NCBI GenBank assembly: GCA_905235545.1
Contig: CAJOMI010000001.1
Location: 1 to 63,745 of the forward strand
Origin: an uncultured Lachnospiraceae bacterium
GTDB lineage: Bacteria > Bacillota > Clostridia > Lachnospirales > Lachnospiraceae
DNA: 63,745 nucleotides
Direction: 5' to 3'
Shown: positions 27,661-38,164 of the stretch, piece after piece
How positions within the stretch are numbered: the first letter of the stretch is position 1
Layout: each line of letters begins with the position of its first letter
Made by a program: the position numbers and the translations under genes
The notes under the pieces: model-generated
What the model saw: only the letters and a program-made list of their open reading frames with translations
The model's database searches: none
Told to the model about the DNA's origin: nothing

Positions 27661-28986
27661 ATGGCTGTTTCAGATCTTTTAAAAAACGGAATAGCGGATA
27701 TAACAGGTACGGTGGAAAAGGCGATTATAAGGGTATGTGACGAGAGCCTTGCAGATGACCTTGAGAAAAAGGACGGCATCAAAACGAAGACACCTTCCGG
27801 TAATTCAATGGGGATTGGAGGCGGGATTGCCGCCAGTGTAATGGGTGAGGCACAGAATGCTGCGAAAAATGCCGCAGATAATGCGATCAAGTCAATGGCG
27901 AATGACTACGCAGCACTTGCGAACATTAAAAACACCATCCTGAAAGATCAAGCCATCGATTACAATCGGGAGTTTACCGTACAGTTTAATCCGTCCAGTA
28001 TGCAACTTACATCCTATCATTACACTTCGACCGATATAACAAAGGCAGACGGTTCACAAGCGGATCAATCCATTGGTCGTACGTCCCCATATCCGGATAT
28101 GGTTTTTTCTGTGAATTTGTTGTTTGAACGGGTGGTGGCAGAGGAGGCTTTCGTGCAGGATACCATGTTTAAGAGTATTTCAACCCTTGGAAAAACGGCT
28201 GTAAAGGCAGGGTTTGATGCAATTACAGGTGGATTTGAAACCGTGCAGAATATGGTGGAAGGCTTTGTGGGAGTCATCAGAAATCAGCGCACCAGACGAA
28301 TCTGTTTTTCATGGAACAATATGTCTTATGAGGGTGTTCTGAACAATGTGCGTTCCAAATACACGATGTTTGACCTGTATGGCAGACCAATCAGGGGAGA
28401 GGTGTATTTATCCATTCGTCTTTCCGATATGCAGGTTAGTGAAACCAACATGGGTTACTGGCAGGATGCTTATGATAATGCTTTTGGATTTGATCCGAAC
28501 GCAGAGGGTATGTATGGTAAACTTAAGAATGCTGCGAATACGATATCCAGCGCAGCGAATACAGTGTCAACTGCCGCATTGCAGACAGTCAATATGGCAT
28601 CTCAGGCAGCCGGAATGGTCGGCGGACTTTCGGATCAGATATACACTTCTCTTTTTGGCGATGAGATAAAGGAAAAGCAACAAAAAGAGTTCGAAGAGAC
28701 ATACACTAAGAAGAAAGAGGAAGAGGATCTGGCGACTGAAAAACAACAGAAAGAGAATGCGGACAGGAAAAGAAAGGAGCGAAGTTTTGTATCCGGTCAG
28801 ATCAACGACAGAATCGTTTCCGTCGACGAAGAAAAACGAAGCGAGGCGCGCAAGACGGATGCGGAACGCAACAGGGAGACGCAGAAAAGCATTAATGATC
28901 TGATAGGGGAACAGGAAGACAACAATATTCCGATGCAGGAAGCGGAGAATATAGAGACCGGAGAAAACGGTCTGATTGACATGTGA
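27661..28986 (+). CDS. CIS tube-initiator paralogue 2 with charged coiled-coil C-terminal tail (alternative GTG 27652)
   Basis: REFTVQFNPSSMQLTSYHY… and …RICFSWNNMSYEGVLNNVRSKYTMFDLYGRPIRGEVYLSI parallel the previous gene. ATG 27661 follows AGGTGA. The C-terminus is K/E-rich. Confidence 0.55.
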   Translation: MAVSDLLKNGIADITGTVEKAIIRVCDESLADDLEKKDGIKTKTPSGNSMGIGGGIAASVMGEAQNAAKNAADNAIKSMANDYAALANIKNTILKDQAIDYNREFTVQFNPSSMQLTSYHYTSTDITKADGSQADQSIGRTSPYPDMVFSVNLLFERVVAEEAFVQDTMFKSISTLGKTAVKAGFDAITGGFETVQNMVEGFVGVIRNQRTRRICFSWNNMSYEGVLNNVRSKYTMFDLYGRPIRGEVYLSIRLSDMQVSETNMGYWQDAYDNAFGFDPNAEGMYGKLKNAANTISSAANTVSTAALQTVNMASQAAGMVGGLSDQIYTSLFGDEIKEKQQKEFEETYTKKKEEEDLATEKQQKENADRKRKERSFVSGQINDRIVSVDEEKRSEARKTDAERNRETQKSINDLIGEQEDNNIPMQEAENIETGENGLIDM

Positions 28987-28998
28987 TAGGAGAAAATC

Positions 28999-30369
28999 GT
29001 GGCAGAATTTGAATTTAATGATTTGGAAAAAGAATATGAGCATTTCGGACATCCTGTTGTCAGTATCGAGATTAACGGAGAGGAGTTCGAGAATAACAAG
29101 TACGGTATGGGCGTCTCAGATATCCGGATAGAGCTTTCCGCAGGGTTTGAGGCGAGCATGGCGAGCTTTGTAATCTATAATGTATATGATCAGGTAAATG
29201 GTGCGTTTGTATTTGACCGTTTCAAGAAATATGTGTTATTGGGATCTTCCGTTGTCATATACACAGGATATGCTTCTACTGTACGTGAAGTATTCCGCGG
29301 ATTTATTGCAAAGGTCAATTTTATATATGAAGAGGATGATATTCCGGGTGTAATGGTGACGGCTATGGATATGAAGGGAATTATGATGACCAATAATTCA
29401 TCAAAGCAGCTGAAGGCAAAAACTTATTCGGCAGCACTCAAAGAAATATTGGCATCCGAACCTTATACCAGCCTGATTTCCGACGGAGTGATCAAGTCCT
29501 ATAAGATTTCAGATACTCCGGATGGTCAGATGAATGCATCCGGAGGCGGATTTGGTGGCATCACAGGAGCAGCATCAAGTGCGATGGGCAGTGTTCCCGG
29601 AGCATCAGATGCGCAGAATGCCGCAGGCCAGACAGAGGCACTTTCCGGAGCAGCGGGAGGAACAGGACAGCAAAGCTCGGATGTCTATACAGTAGAGATG
29701 GTGGGGGAGAGTGATTATGAATTTTTTGTGAGGACGGCAAAGAGGTTTAACTATGACTTCTTTATTCTGGGAGGAGAGCTTATCTTTCGTCCCGCAAAGA
29801 GCGACACTGCAGTCTATATGAATCTGGGTGTTAAGACGGGAATGCGAAACATTAATGTGGAGTATGACATCACCGGTCTTTTTGGAAAGGTAGAGGTGAG
29901 AAATGTGGATCCCGGAAAAGGCAAACTGATTTCTTCTTCGAAGAAATTTTCCAATAAAATCAGTCAGGGAAGCAAGGCAAAAGGGATCGTGGGAAAATTG
30001 GAAAAAGTATTTATTGACCCCACGGTATCATCTAAGGATGATGCGTCCTACAGGGCAAATTATCTGGTTGAAGATATGAGTTATCGTTTTGGAACATTAG
30101 AGGCAGATGTGATCGGACTGCCGGAAATTGTGCCCGGCAGATTCATACAGATCACAGGGCTTGGCAAGGATGTGGAAAACCAATACTATGTGCAGGAAGT
30201 CATACATACCTTCAATTCAGAAGGGGATTACATTACGCGGATAATAGGAAAGGCAGCGACCATTACCGATTCGGTAGGAATGGATTCTCTGGGCGGAGGT
30301 ATGTCTGCTGCAACAGGAGCAATATCGGGTGCTGCGGGAACAGTGTCCGGCATAGGAGGATTATTCTGA
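28999..30369 (+). CDS. gpD-like (late control D) baseplate hub protein
   Basis: DIRIELSAGFEASMASFVIYNVYD…, …YDFFILGGELIFRPA… and …YYVQEVIHTFNSEGDYITRIIG follow the P2 gpD / hub pattern. A G/A/S-rich insertion and tail are present. Confidence 0.6.
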   Translation: MAEFEFNDLEKEYEHFGHPVVSIEINGEEFENNKYGMGVSDIRIELSAGFEASMASFVIYNVYDQVNGAFVFDRFKKYVLLGSSVVIYTGYASTVREVFRGFIAKVNFIYEEDDIPGVMVTAMDMKGIMMTNNSSKQLKAKTYSAALKEILASEPYTSLISDGVIKSYKISDTPDGQMNASGGGFGGITGAASSAMGSVPGASDAQNAAGQTEALSGAAGGTGQQSSDVYTVEMVGESDYEFFVRTAKRFNYDFFILGGELIFRPAKSDTAVYMNLGVKTGMRNINVEYDITGLFGKVEVRNVDPGKGKLISSSKKFSNKISQGSKAKGIVGKLEKVFIDPTVSSKDDASYRANYLVEDMSYRFGTLEADVIGLPEIVPGRFIQITGLGKDVENQYYVQEVIHTFNSEGDYITRIIGKAATITDSVGMDSLGGGMSAATGAISGAAGTVSGIGGLF

Positions 30370-31262
30370 TGGGATTATTTGATGTTTTAGATGATATTGC
30401 AGAACGGAATGTTCAAAAGACCGAGACCGGAGATAACAGAATGTTTGGAATTGTGGTTGGGGAGGTAGTGGATAACTATGATGCAGACCGTGCAGGAAGA
30501 GTGTGTGTCTCCATACAGACCCGTGATTCGGAGGCAAATATATTGAAGTGGGCAAGAGTTTCCACGCCATATATGGGCAAGGAATGGGGTATGTATTTTT
30601 TCCCGGAGGTCGGAGATCAAGTGCTTGTCGCATTCGACGGTGGTAATATCGAACGACCGTATATAATTGGAAGTATTCCCAGGGACACGGATACATTTTT
30701 AAAAAAGTCCAAGCATGAAAAGAATAAGAAAAAACGTATTGTGACAAAGAGTGGTAATGCCATTGAGATAACGGATGGCACCTCTGAGGATGATATGGCG
30801 GAAACGTCATCTGTACCGTCAGCCACGGATGTGGCAGGTGGAGGTGTACCGGGATCTGCGGGCGGAGCAGCCATGGAAGGTGATAAGATCGTAATCATGA
30901 CTCCGGATGAGAAACACAGTGTCACTCTGGATGATGGAAAAAATCTCATTCAGATCAAAGATAAAGAAGGCAAATGTGATATTAAGATGCAGACCGTAGA
31001 CGGAACCATTAATGTCAATGCTGCCAGAAAGCTCATCATAAAAGTGGGCGAGACGATCAAAATTACCATGAACGGAGATTCCGGCAAGCTTTTAGTAGAG
31101 GCAAAGGATGTAGCGGTAGACTCCACCGGAAAGGTATCTGTTTCCGCAACCGGTAAAAATGAGATTTCAGCGGCCAATGTCAATATCAGCTCCAACAGTA
31201 CCATGAAGTTGCAGGCCAACACGATGGTATCGGTTGAGGGTAAACCGATAAAATTGGGATAA
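30369..31262 (+). CDS. VgrG / gp5-like spike protein (OB fold + beta-helix), 297 aa
   Basis: MFGIVVGEVVDNYDADRAGRVCVSIQ…WARVSTPYMGKEWGMYFFPEVGDQVLVAFDGGNIERPYIIGS is the gp5/VgrG OB signature. The C-terminus has a repetitive beta-helix-like sequence. The start overlaps the previous stop (TGATG). Confidence 0.8.
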   Translation: MGLFDVLDDIAERNVQKTETGDNRMFGIVVGEVVDNYDADRAGRVCVSIQTRDSEANILKWARVSTPYMGKEWGMYFFPEVGDQVLVAFDGGNIERPYIIGSIPRDTDTFLKKSKHEKNKKKRIVTKSGNAIEITDGTSEDDMAETSSVPSATDVAGGGVPGSAGGAAMEGDKIVIMTPDEKHSVTLDDGKNLIQIKDKEGKCDIKMQTVDGTINVNAARKLIIKVGETIKITMNGDSGKLLVEAKDVAVDSTGKVSVSATGKNEISAANVNISSNSTMKLQANTMVSVEGKPIKLG

Positions 31263-31264
31263 TA

Positions 31265-31298
31265 TGTGACTGTTTTGTGAGTATAACAGTGGTATAGT
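31265..31298 (+). promoter_or_regulatory. regulon promoter P4 (baseplate/ATPase operon): TGTGACT (31265-31271), TGTGAGT (31276-31282), N10, TATAGT (31293-31298)
   Basis: Same phasing and spacing as P1-P3. It lies in the 143-nt gap between the spike and gp25 genes. Confidence 0.55.
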
Positions 31299-31405
31299 TT
31301 ATCTTATCAGAGAAGACTTCCACTTTTGTAAGTGGTGAGGGATAGATACCAATATGTCTTCGTGGGAGTCTGGTCTTATTATCATTATTTAACAGGAGAA
31401 ATGCT

Positions 31406-31864
31406 ATGGCAGACAAAGATTTTTTGGGTGAGGGGATGAAGTTCCCACCGCAAATTAACAAAGCGACCGGACGATTTGTTACCGTGAGCGAGGAACAAAG
31501 CGTCAGACAGTCGGTGTATCTGATCCTGATGACACAATTAGGAGAACGCCCATTGAGGGAGAACTTTGGAAGCAATCTTATGAGCTATACATTTATGGAT
31601 TTGAGCGTTACAAGAATTAATATTCTGATTCGAACGCTGAAGGAACAGATATTGAATCAGGAGCCACGTATTGAGGATTTGAGAATAACGCCCAGTGAGG
31701 AATCAGGTAACGGAAGGATCATATTCGATATCGAATATACGGTTGTTGCAACCAATACAAGAGACAATCTTGTATTTCCGTTTTATTTGAACCAGGAGAC
31801 AGAAGTAAGAGAGGAAGAGCCAGAGAATTATGAGCCTATACCAGTCGAAGAAATTGAATATTGA
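31406..31864 (+). CDS. GPW/gp25-like baseplate wedge protein
   Basis: FLGEGMKFPPQIN…EEQSVRQSVYLILMTQLGERPLRENFGSNL is the gp25 signature. Confidence 0.85.
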   Translation: MADKDFLGEGMKFPPQINKATGRFVTVSEEQSVRQSVYLILMTQLGERPLRENFGSNLMSYTFMDLSVTRINILIRTLKEQILNQEPRIEDLRITPSEESGNGRIIFDIEYTVVATNTRDNLVFPFYLNQETEVREEEPENYEPIPVEEIEY

Positions 31865-34853
31865 TACGAGGACCGAGGAGGATATCAGGCGTGAGGTGAT
31901 CCGTCTTGCAAAGAATTACGAGACCGGATGGGAACCGGATGAGGAGAATCCGGATGTGGGATCTGCGCTTGCCAATGTGTTTGCCCATGAAGTTTCTGAG
32001 AACATAGATCGGATGAATGAAATTATGGACCGGTATCACACGGAGTTCGTTAATATGCTCGATATTTCACTGTTGCCTGCAAAACCGGCCAGTTCTATCG
32101 TTGTATGTGAATTAGCGGATGATACCATACCGGGGGCGGGAATCCCAAAGGGAACAAAACTTCTTACAGATTCCGAAGAACCGATTGTGTTTGAGACGGA
32201 ACACAGTCTTTATGTGACGAGTTCGCAGATCAATGCAGCCTTTATGACGGATAAAGAGACGGGTGCGATCGTGCCGATTTTCGGAAATTTTTACAATCCG
32301 GAACTGATTCCCGGGGAAACGCTGCTTTCTGAGTATACCGGTCATGACGGCATGATGGGAAATGCACAGATGCATCCATTTACCTTGTTCGGAGAGAACG
32401 GTGGGATAGAAAGAAATGTTGTGATCTTTTACCATTCTACGGTTTTTGATTGTGAAAATGATGATATCTATGTACGGATAGAAGGCGGAGAAGAACTTAT
32501 TTCCGATATCAGGGAAAAACGGGTGCGCTTTGCATATCTGTCAGAGGACGGAATAAAAGATTATCCATACTGTGAGCTTCGACATGACGGACAGACATTT
32601 GTACTTCACAAATATGAGGCGAATCGCAAGATTAATGCAGGCACAAAACAATACAGCATGCTGATTATGATCGCAGACAGGGCACCGTCGGAATCCAGAC
32701 ATGTGAACCGTATTACGTTTTCCGCACACGGGAAACCGGTGAAAGCAGAGAATGTCAACAACGGCTCCAATGATCTGGAAACAGAGAAGTTCCAGCCATT
32801 TACGGATACGATTTCTTTGTATGATGATTGTTATATATGCCATGATAATTATTTTTCAAAGGCAGGTGCAAGAATCAACGTATCCTTTAATCTGTCAATC
32901 AAGGAACACAAGGTAAGTCTTACGGCAGAGCAGGTCGAGGAGAGTCTGAAGGTAATAAAAAGAAAGCCAAAGACGGTATCTCATGAAGTGCCGGGTGATT
33001 GTTATGTCGAAGAGGTAGTCTTTGAATATTTCAATGGGACAGGATGGAAGAAGCTTCCGGCTATGACGGATATGAGAGGACTGTTTTCGACGGAGAATTC
33101 CGGCGGTAGATGTGAGATTTCCTTTATCTGTCCGGAAGATTGGGCGGGACAGGTAACCGGATCTTATGAGGGACGCTGTATCCGGATGCAGGTTACGAAA
33201 GCGGAGAATTGCTATATGCGTCCATGTATACATCATTATCCGGAGATCACAGATCTGGAGATTTCCTATACATACGAAAATCAATACGTTGACGCAGAAC
33301 GTGCGGAGACAATTATAGGTACCTCGCGTTGCGAGATTACGAGCAAGCTTAAGGCAGAGAATGGATATATAACCTTTCAGGCAGGGAGTTATAAAGAGGA
33401 TGCACTGTATCTCGGATTCTCCAAGCCTATGGAATCTGGACCTGTCAGCATTCTTTTCAATTTGGCGGACAGCATGGAATATGAAGGGTTGAAATGTCGC
33501 TTTGAGTACGTATCTTCGGAAGGTTTTAAACCTATGAAGATTTTGGATTATACGCAGGAATTTACCCATTCCGGAGTTGTTTTGTTCATTCCTCCGGCAG
33601 ACATGCATTCCATGGTGCTTGAGGGGAAAAATCAATATTGGATTCGTGTGATCAGAAGTCATGGGAATGAGAATTCGGAGAAACAGGAGAATCTGCCGCT
33701 GGTGAAAGATATTTGCCTGAATGCTGTGCAGGTATCCAATATAGAGACCAGAACAACACAGAGTTTCTTTGTGGAAGAGGTTACGCCGGGAATGCAGTTT
33801 TATCTTGGAGTGAATCATATCTTAGATGTGGATGTCTGGGTGAATGAGATGGGACGTCATTCCAGGGAGAGGATGATCTCCATGTGGGAGGAGGATCCGG
33901 AAAATGTAATCGTAGAACAGGACAGTATGGGCGGCATTACTGCTTTTTACAGACGGTGGCAGGAGACGGACCGTCTGGACACTGCGGAGAATCCAAGAAG
34001 CTATCAGCTTGACCGGCTGCTCAACCGCATCATATTCGGTGATGGAATAAAGACATGGATTCCGAGTGTTACGGATGATGAAGCGGTAAGGTGTACGGTG
34101 CGTTGTTGTAACGGAAAATACGGAAATGTGGACGTGGATATGATAACAGAGCCTCAGGGCTATCTCATGTATATAGGGAAAATAACCAATCCCGTAAAGG
34201 CATACGGTGGCAGTGATATCGAGGAGATTGATAAAGCGCTTAGCAGAGGAGCCGGCATATTGAGCAGTCGGAACCGTCTCGTCACCATGCAGGATTATAT
34301 ACGTGCAATTCAGGCATATTCCGATACGATCGCGCAGGTTAAGGGCATTGTGGGACGAACCAAGAACGGCAGAGGAAAACAGGGCGATCTTACGTTTGTT
34401 TTGTTGATGAAAGATTTTGCGGATGGTTCCTATGCGTTTCATCGCATTGTGCGCGGATTGACAGACTATCTGTTAGAACGGTCGGAAATTACAGTTACAG
34501 AGAATTATCTTCAAATTGTGGAACCTACCTTTGTGGAACTTTCGGTATCGTTGTGGATCAATGTGATCAATATGGATGAAAGTTTTGAAATACAGTCTCT
34601 TATGCAGCAGGCTCTTGCGGAATATCTGGACCCTGTGAATAGTCCCGGATTGACAATTGGAACATTGCCTCGCAAATCTCAGCTTTTAATTCGGTTGAAT
34701 AGTCTGAAGAACAAGGCAATCGTTAAGAAATCCATTGTGATCGCCAAATATCGGGATGAAAAGGGTGTACACGAGATGGATCTGGAAGATGTGAATGTAA
34801 CACCGTTTATGATAGCGAAAAACGGGGAGCATAAGGTACATATATTGAATTAG
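31830..34853 (+). CDS. baseplate J / gp6-like wedge protein (Afp11-like), 1007 aa
   Basis: Its size, its position after gp25 and its N-terminus (…EEDIRREVIRLAKNYETGWEPDEENPDVGSALANVFA…) fit the family. It overlaps the gp25 3' end by 35 nt. Confidence 0.6.
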   Translation: MSLYQSKKLNIDTRTEEDIRREVIRLAKNYETGWEPDEENPDVGSALANVFAHEVSENIDRMNEIMDRYHTEFVNMLDISLLPAKPASSIVVCELADDTIPGAGIPKGTKLLTDSEEPIVFETEHSLYVTSSQINAAFMTDKETGAIVPIFGNFYNPELIPGETLLSEYTGHDGMMGNAQMHPFTLFGENGGIERNVVIFYHSTVFDCENDDIYVRIEGGEELISDIREKRVRFAYLSEDGIKDYPYCELRHDGQTFVLHKYEANRKINAGTKQYSMLIMIADRAPSESRHVNRITFSAHGKPVKAENVNNGSNDLETEKFQPFTDTISLYDDCYICHDNYFSKAGARINVSFNLSIKEHKVSLTAEQVEESLKVIKRKPKTVSHEVPGDCYVEEVVFEYFNGTGWKKLPAMTDMRGLFSTENSGGRCEISFICPEDWAGQVTGSYEGRCIRMQVTKAENCYMRPCIHHYPEITDLEISYTYENQYVDAERAETIIGTSRCEITSKLKAENGYITFQAGSYKEDALYLGFSKPMESGPVSILFNLADSMEYEGLKCRFEYVSSEGFKPMKILDYTQEFTHSGVVLFIPPADMHSMVLEGKNQYWIRVIRSHGNENSEKQENLPLVKDICLNAVQVSNIETRTTQSFFVEEVTPGMQFYLGVNHILDVDVWVNEMGRHSRERMISMWEEDPENVIVEQDSMGGITAFYRRWQETDRLDTAENPRSYQLDRLLNRIIFGDGIKTWIPSVTDDEAVRCTVRCCNGKYGNVDVDMITEPQGYLMYIGKITNPVKAYGGSDIEEIDKALSRGAGILSSRNRLVTMQDYIRAIQAYSDTIAQVKGIVGRTKNGRGKQGDLTFVLLMKDFADGSYAFHRIVRGLTDYLLERSEITVTENYLQIVEPTFVELSVSLWINVINMDESFEIQSLMQQALAEYLDPVNSPGLTIGTLPRKSQLLIRLNSLKNKAIVKKSIVIAKYRDEKGVHEMDLEDVNVTPFMIAKNGEHKVHILN

Positions 34854-34917
34854 CAGGGAATAGATAAAGAGGATTGAATTTTGTAAGTGCCGATCTATAT
34901 TTAATGTACGAGGAGAG

Positions 34918-37047
34918 ATGGAAATGCTGGAGTATATTAGCAGTGACAGAAAAACCTATGATGAGCGTTATGAGGAAGCGGTTTCCCGAATACCGCTCTA
35001 TACAAAGGAATGGACCAATTTTAATCCATCCGATCCGGGAATCACTATTTTGGAGGTGCTTACCGGATATGAGACATTGGCACAGGAACATCTCGACAGG
35101 GTTCCGTTTACCGTGCAGGAAAATCTTCTTAAAATGATGGGATTCCGTATACGAAAGGGGAGGCCGGCAAGACTTCTTCTCTCTGCGGAGGGGGTGCAAA
35201 GTAATGTGTCTCTTCCTGCAAATCACAGATTTGTGATAGGGGATCTGATTTTTGAGACAAACAGAAAAATTGACCTTACCGGTGCGAAGATGACAGGGAT
35301 CTATTCCAAAACAGGTAATGGATTTAAGGATTGTTCCGGTCTTTTAGACAAGGAGACAAGAGTGCCGCAAAGTATATTCGGAAAACATCCGAAGGCAGGA
35401 AATGCCGTATATTTTGTGACGGACAAACTCCCGGCACCTTCTGAGGAAATGATTCTTTATGTGGAACTCAAAATGTCTGCCGACAGAAATCCTCTGACAG
35501 AGAAGATGAAAAATCCTTTTGCGGATGTGGAATTTCAGGTTTTGACGGCTGATGGATTTGTGCCGTGTAAGACAAGAGATTTTACCAGTGCTTTTTTGAC
35601 CAGCGGGGAGATCAGAGTACGCATGCCGGAGACAGAACCAATCTGGTCGGGAAACAGTGATAAGGAAGAAGAGATACCGTCACAGCCCGGGTATTTGGTC
35701 CGTGCGATACTAAAGGAGGCAAATTATGATGTGGCTCCGAGAGTGACATCTGTTTATCCGTTCCTTTTTGAGGTATGGCAGAAGTTCTCTATGTCAGAGT
35801 GTACCACTTATCAAAGAACTTCAGATATTACCGTCAGAAGTTCTATTGTCGGCGACGCATATATTGATGTATACTGTAAAGAGGAGAAGGGGAGTTCCTA
35901 CCGCAAGTATATGTATACATCTTCTTTTGACGAACCGGGACGCTATTACAGACAGACGATGGGAGAAGATGGATTTTATCATATTGATTTTGACAGGAAT
36001 ATAACCGGTTTCGGACCGGAAAAAGTCAAGAACTGTGTTAAGGTTGTATGTTACACCGAGGAGGTTATGCGCCAGTACGCACTCGGAAATGTAATGGGAT
36101 ATGATGATCAGGTGATCGATCTTCCGTTTAAAAATCTGGTATCGGAAGGATTTTCCGTGATTGCAAGACGGGAAGATGGCATGGGCGGATATATATATGA
36201 TTTTGTTCGTCCCGATTACGAGGCAGAAGATGCGTTGTGCTATCATTTACTGGAACATGATGGTAAGATTTTGATTGAGGATGCGGGAGATTTTATAGGT
36301 GCGGAATTGTTTCTGGCGGGTATTTCCGTAACCCGTGGCAGCGAGGGAAATATACGGGCGGGCAATGAACTTTTATCTGCAAATCCTGTGGCTGATGTAC
36401 CGGTACGTTTCTTCAATCCGGGGCCCGGAACAGGAGGAGCATACAGAGAACGCTTATCGGATGTGCGTCACAGATTTCTGGCGGATATGGAGAAATCCTA
36501 TACTGCAGTGACAGCATCTGATTTCGAAAAGCTGGTAAAGAGCACACCGGGGCTGATTATTCACAAGGCACGGGCGTATATGGACGAGGAAAAGAATATG
36601 GCAAGAATTGCCGTGAAGCCGGGTAATGATGAGGAATTTCCGAAATTGACGGAATATTACAAAAAGATCATTATGGAACATCTTGACTCGAGAAGGCTTC
36701 TTTCCACAAGGATAGAACTGACATCACCGGTATATACCAGAGTCAATGTGAGCGGCACGGTATATGTGAAGCTTAACTACGACAACAGTCTGGAACAGAT
36801 AGAGCAATGCATACGCGAGAAAATTGATTACATCCATACCGATAAAAATTTTGGTGAGAGACTGTCATTTGATGATTGTTTCCATGCAATCGAGTTGTTG
36901 GATTGTGTGAAGAATGTATATGATCTTTCCGTGTTGCCGCATTCACTGGCACATGCAAAGCTTGTTGAGGCAGACATTGTGCCGGATGACAACTGCCTGC
37001 TGTACCCGGGGGATATCAAGATAGAGGTTGTCACCTACGATCGTTAA
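34918..37047 (+). CDS. second large baseplate wedge protein (Afp12/gp7-position, baseplate-J-related), 709 aa
   Basis: YDERYEEAVSRIPLYTKEWTNFNPSDPGITILEVLTGYETLAQEHLDRV is typical of putative baseplate assembly proteins. Alternative ATG at 34924. Confidence 0.55.
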   Translation: MEMLEYISSDRKTYDERYEEAVSRIPLYTKEWTNFNPSDPGITILEVLTGYETLAQEHLDRVPFTVQENLLKMMGFRIRKGRPARLLLSAEGVQSNVSLPANHRFVIGDLIFETNRKIDLTGAKMTGIYSKTGNGFKDCSGLLDKETRVPQSIFGKHPKAGNAVYFVTDKLPAPSEEMILYVELKMSADRNPLTEKMKNPFADVEFQVLTADGFVPCKTRDFTSAFLTSGEIRVRMPETEPIWSGNSDKEEEIPSQPGYLVRAILKEANYDVAPRVTSVYPFLFEVWQKFSMSECTTYQRTSDITVRSSIVGDAYIDVYCKEEKGSSYRKYMYTSSFDEPGRYYRQTMGEDGFYHIDFDRNITGFGPEKVKNCVKVVCYTEEVMRQYALGNVMGYDDQVIDLPFKNLVSEGFSVIARREDGMGGYIYDFVRPDYEAEDALCYHLLEHDGKILIEDAGDFIGAELFLAGISVTRGSEGNIRAGNELLSANPVADVPVRFFNPGPGTGGAYRERLSDVRHRFLADMEKSYTAVTASDFEKLVKSTPGLIIHKARAYMDEEKNMARIAVKPGNDEEFPKLTEYYKKIIMEHLDSRRLLSTRIELTSPVYTRVNVSGTVYVKLNYDNSLEQIEQCIREKIDYIHTDKNFGERLSFDDCFHAIELLDCVKNVYDLSVLPHSLAHAKLVEADIVPDDNCLLYPGDIKIEVVTYDR

Positions 37048-37059
37048 TGGAGGGATACT

Positions 37060-38142
37060 ATGGCAAGAACTGTTTACAGCATTAAAAAGAATCGTTTAAA
37101 GCAGTCCTACGGAGAAGGCATTTCAATGGATCAGAATGCCACGATTTATCTGGACGAACATACCTCTGTACACAGGCTGTATCTAAAGAGTGTGGATGCT
37201 GCCGAGGAAGATGCGGAGTGGGGAAGATTCTCTTTTCGGACACATTTGTCTGAGGAGCAGGTGCTTTATGTATATGCCTTTGCATCCAATGATTCCTATA
37301 TTCGGATGGGGCAGGAGGATGTGGATATCAATCGTTTTCTCACCTCAGGCAATATATCCGATGATGCAAAGAAGATCCTTATGTGCCAGCCGGGGGCACT
37401 TCGTTTTGTAGAAAAGAACGATCTGCTTCTGTACGGATTGAAGGGAAGATATCTGTATCTTTCCATTGAAGTTATGGGAGAGGGGGACGGATATCTGTCA
37501 GCACTTAAGGTGGAACGCGGTTCCGATGAATTTATGGAAGCATTTCCGGAAATCTATCGGGAAAATAATGACTTTTTTCATCGTTATATGAGTGTATTTA
37601 ACAGTATTTATAACGATTTTGACGACAATGTAAATAAATTGCCGAAGTTGCTTGATCTGGATGCTTGTCCGGATCTGCTGCTTCCGATGTATGCGGGTTG
37701 GATGGGAATTGATGTTCAAGGAGATTTCTTAAAACCGGATGCGTTGAGGGAACTTGTAAAAGAAGCATATACCTTGAATCGGATGAAGGGAACAAAGGAA
37801 TGTATAAAGAGAATATTGGAGATTGCTATTGATGAGCAGTTTCTTATCTTAGAAGAAAACCAGATGAAAGAGTATACAGATGCGAGAGCTTCCAATGAAG
37901 GAGTGTTTGATGTTACGATTCTGGTGAAGAAACAATTGAGTGAAAATGAGAGATATCAACTTTCTTATCTTTTGGAGCAATTTATGCCGGTCAGATGCCG
38001 TTTGAAACTGGAAAGCTTCCGGGATTCCTCTATTATGGACAGCCGAGTATATCTGGATATGAATGCTCAGGTGGCCGGTGCGAAAAATGCTGCATTAGAT
38101 GATTATTTGGGACTTGATGGCAATATTATATTAGAAGAATAA
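37060..38142 (+). CDS. P2 gpI-like phage tail protein (baseplate periphery)
   Basis: FPEIYRENNDFFHRYMSVFNSIYNDFDDNVNKLPKLLDLDACPDLLLPMYAGWMGIDV…LNRMKGTKECIKRILE follows the tail protein I domain pattern. Confidence 0.6.
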   Translation: MARTVYSIKKNRLKQSYGEGISMDQNATIYLDEHTSVHRLYLKSVDAAEEDAEWGRFSFRTHLSEEQVLYVYAFASNDSYIRMGQEDVDINRFLTSGNISDDAKKILMCQPGALRFVEKNDLLLYGLKGRYLYLSIEVMGEGDGYLSALKVERGSDEFMEAFPEIYRENNDFFHRYMSVFNSIYNDFDDNVNKLPKLLDLDACPDLLLPMYAGWMGIDVQGDFLKPDALRELVKEAYTLNRMKGTKECIKRILEIAIDEQFLILEENQMKEYTDARASNEGVFDVTILVKKQLSENERYQLSYLLEQFMPVRCRLKLESFRDSSIMDSRVYLDMNAQVAGAKNAALDDYLGLDGNIILEE

Positions 38143-38164
38143 ATATGACTTGGAGGACAAAGAT

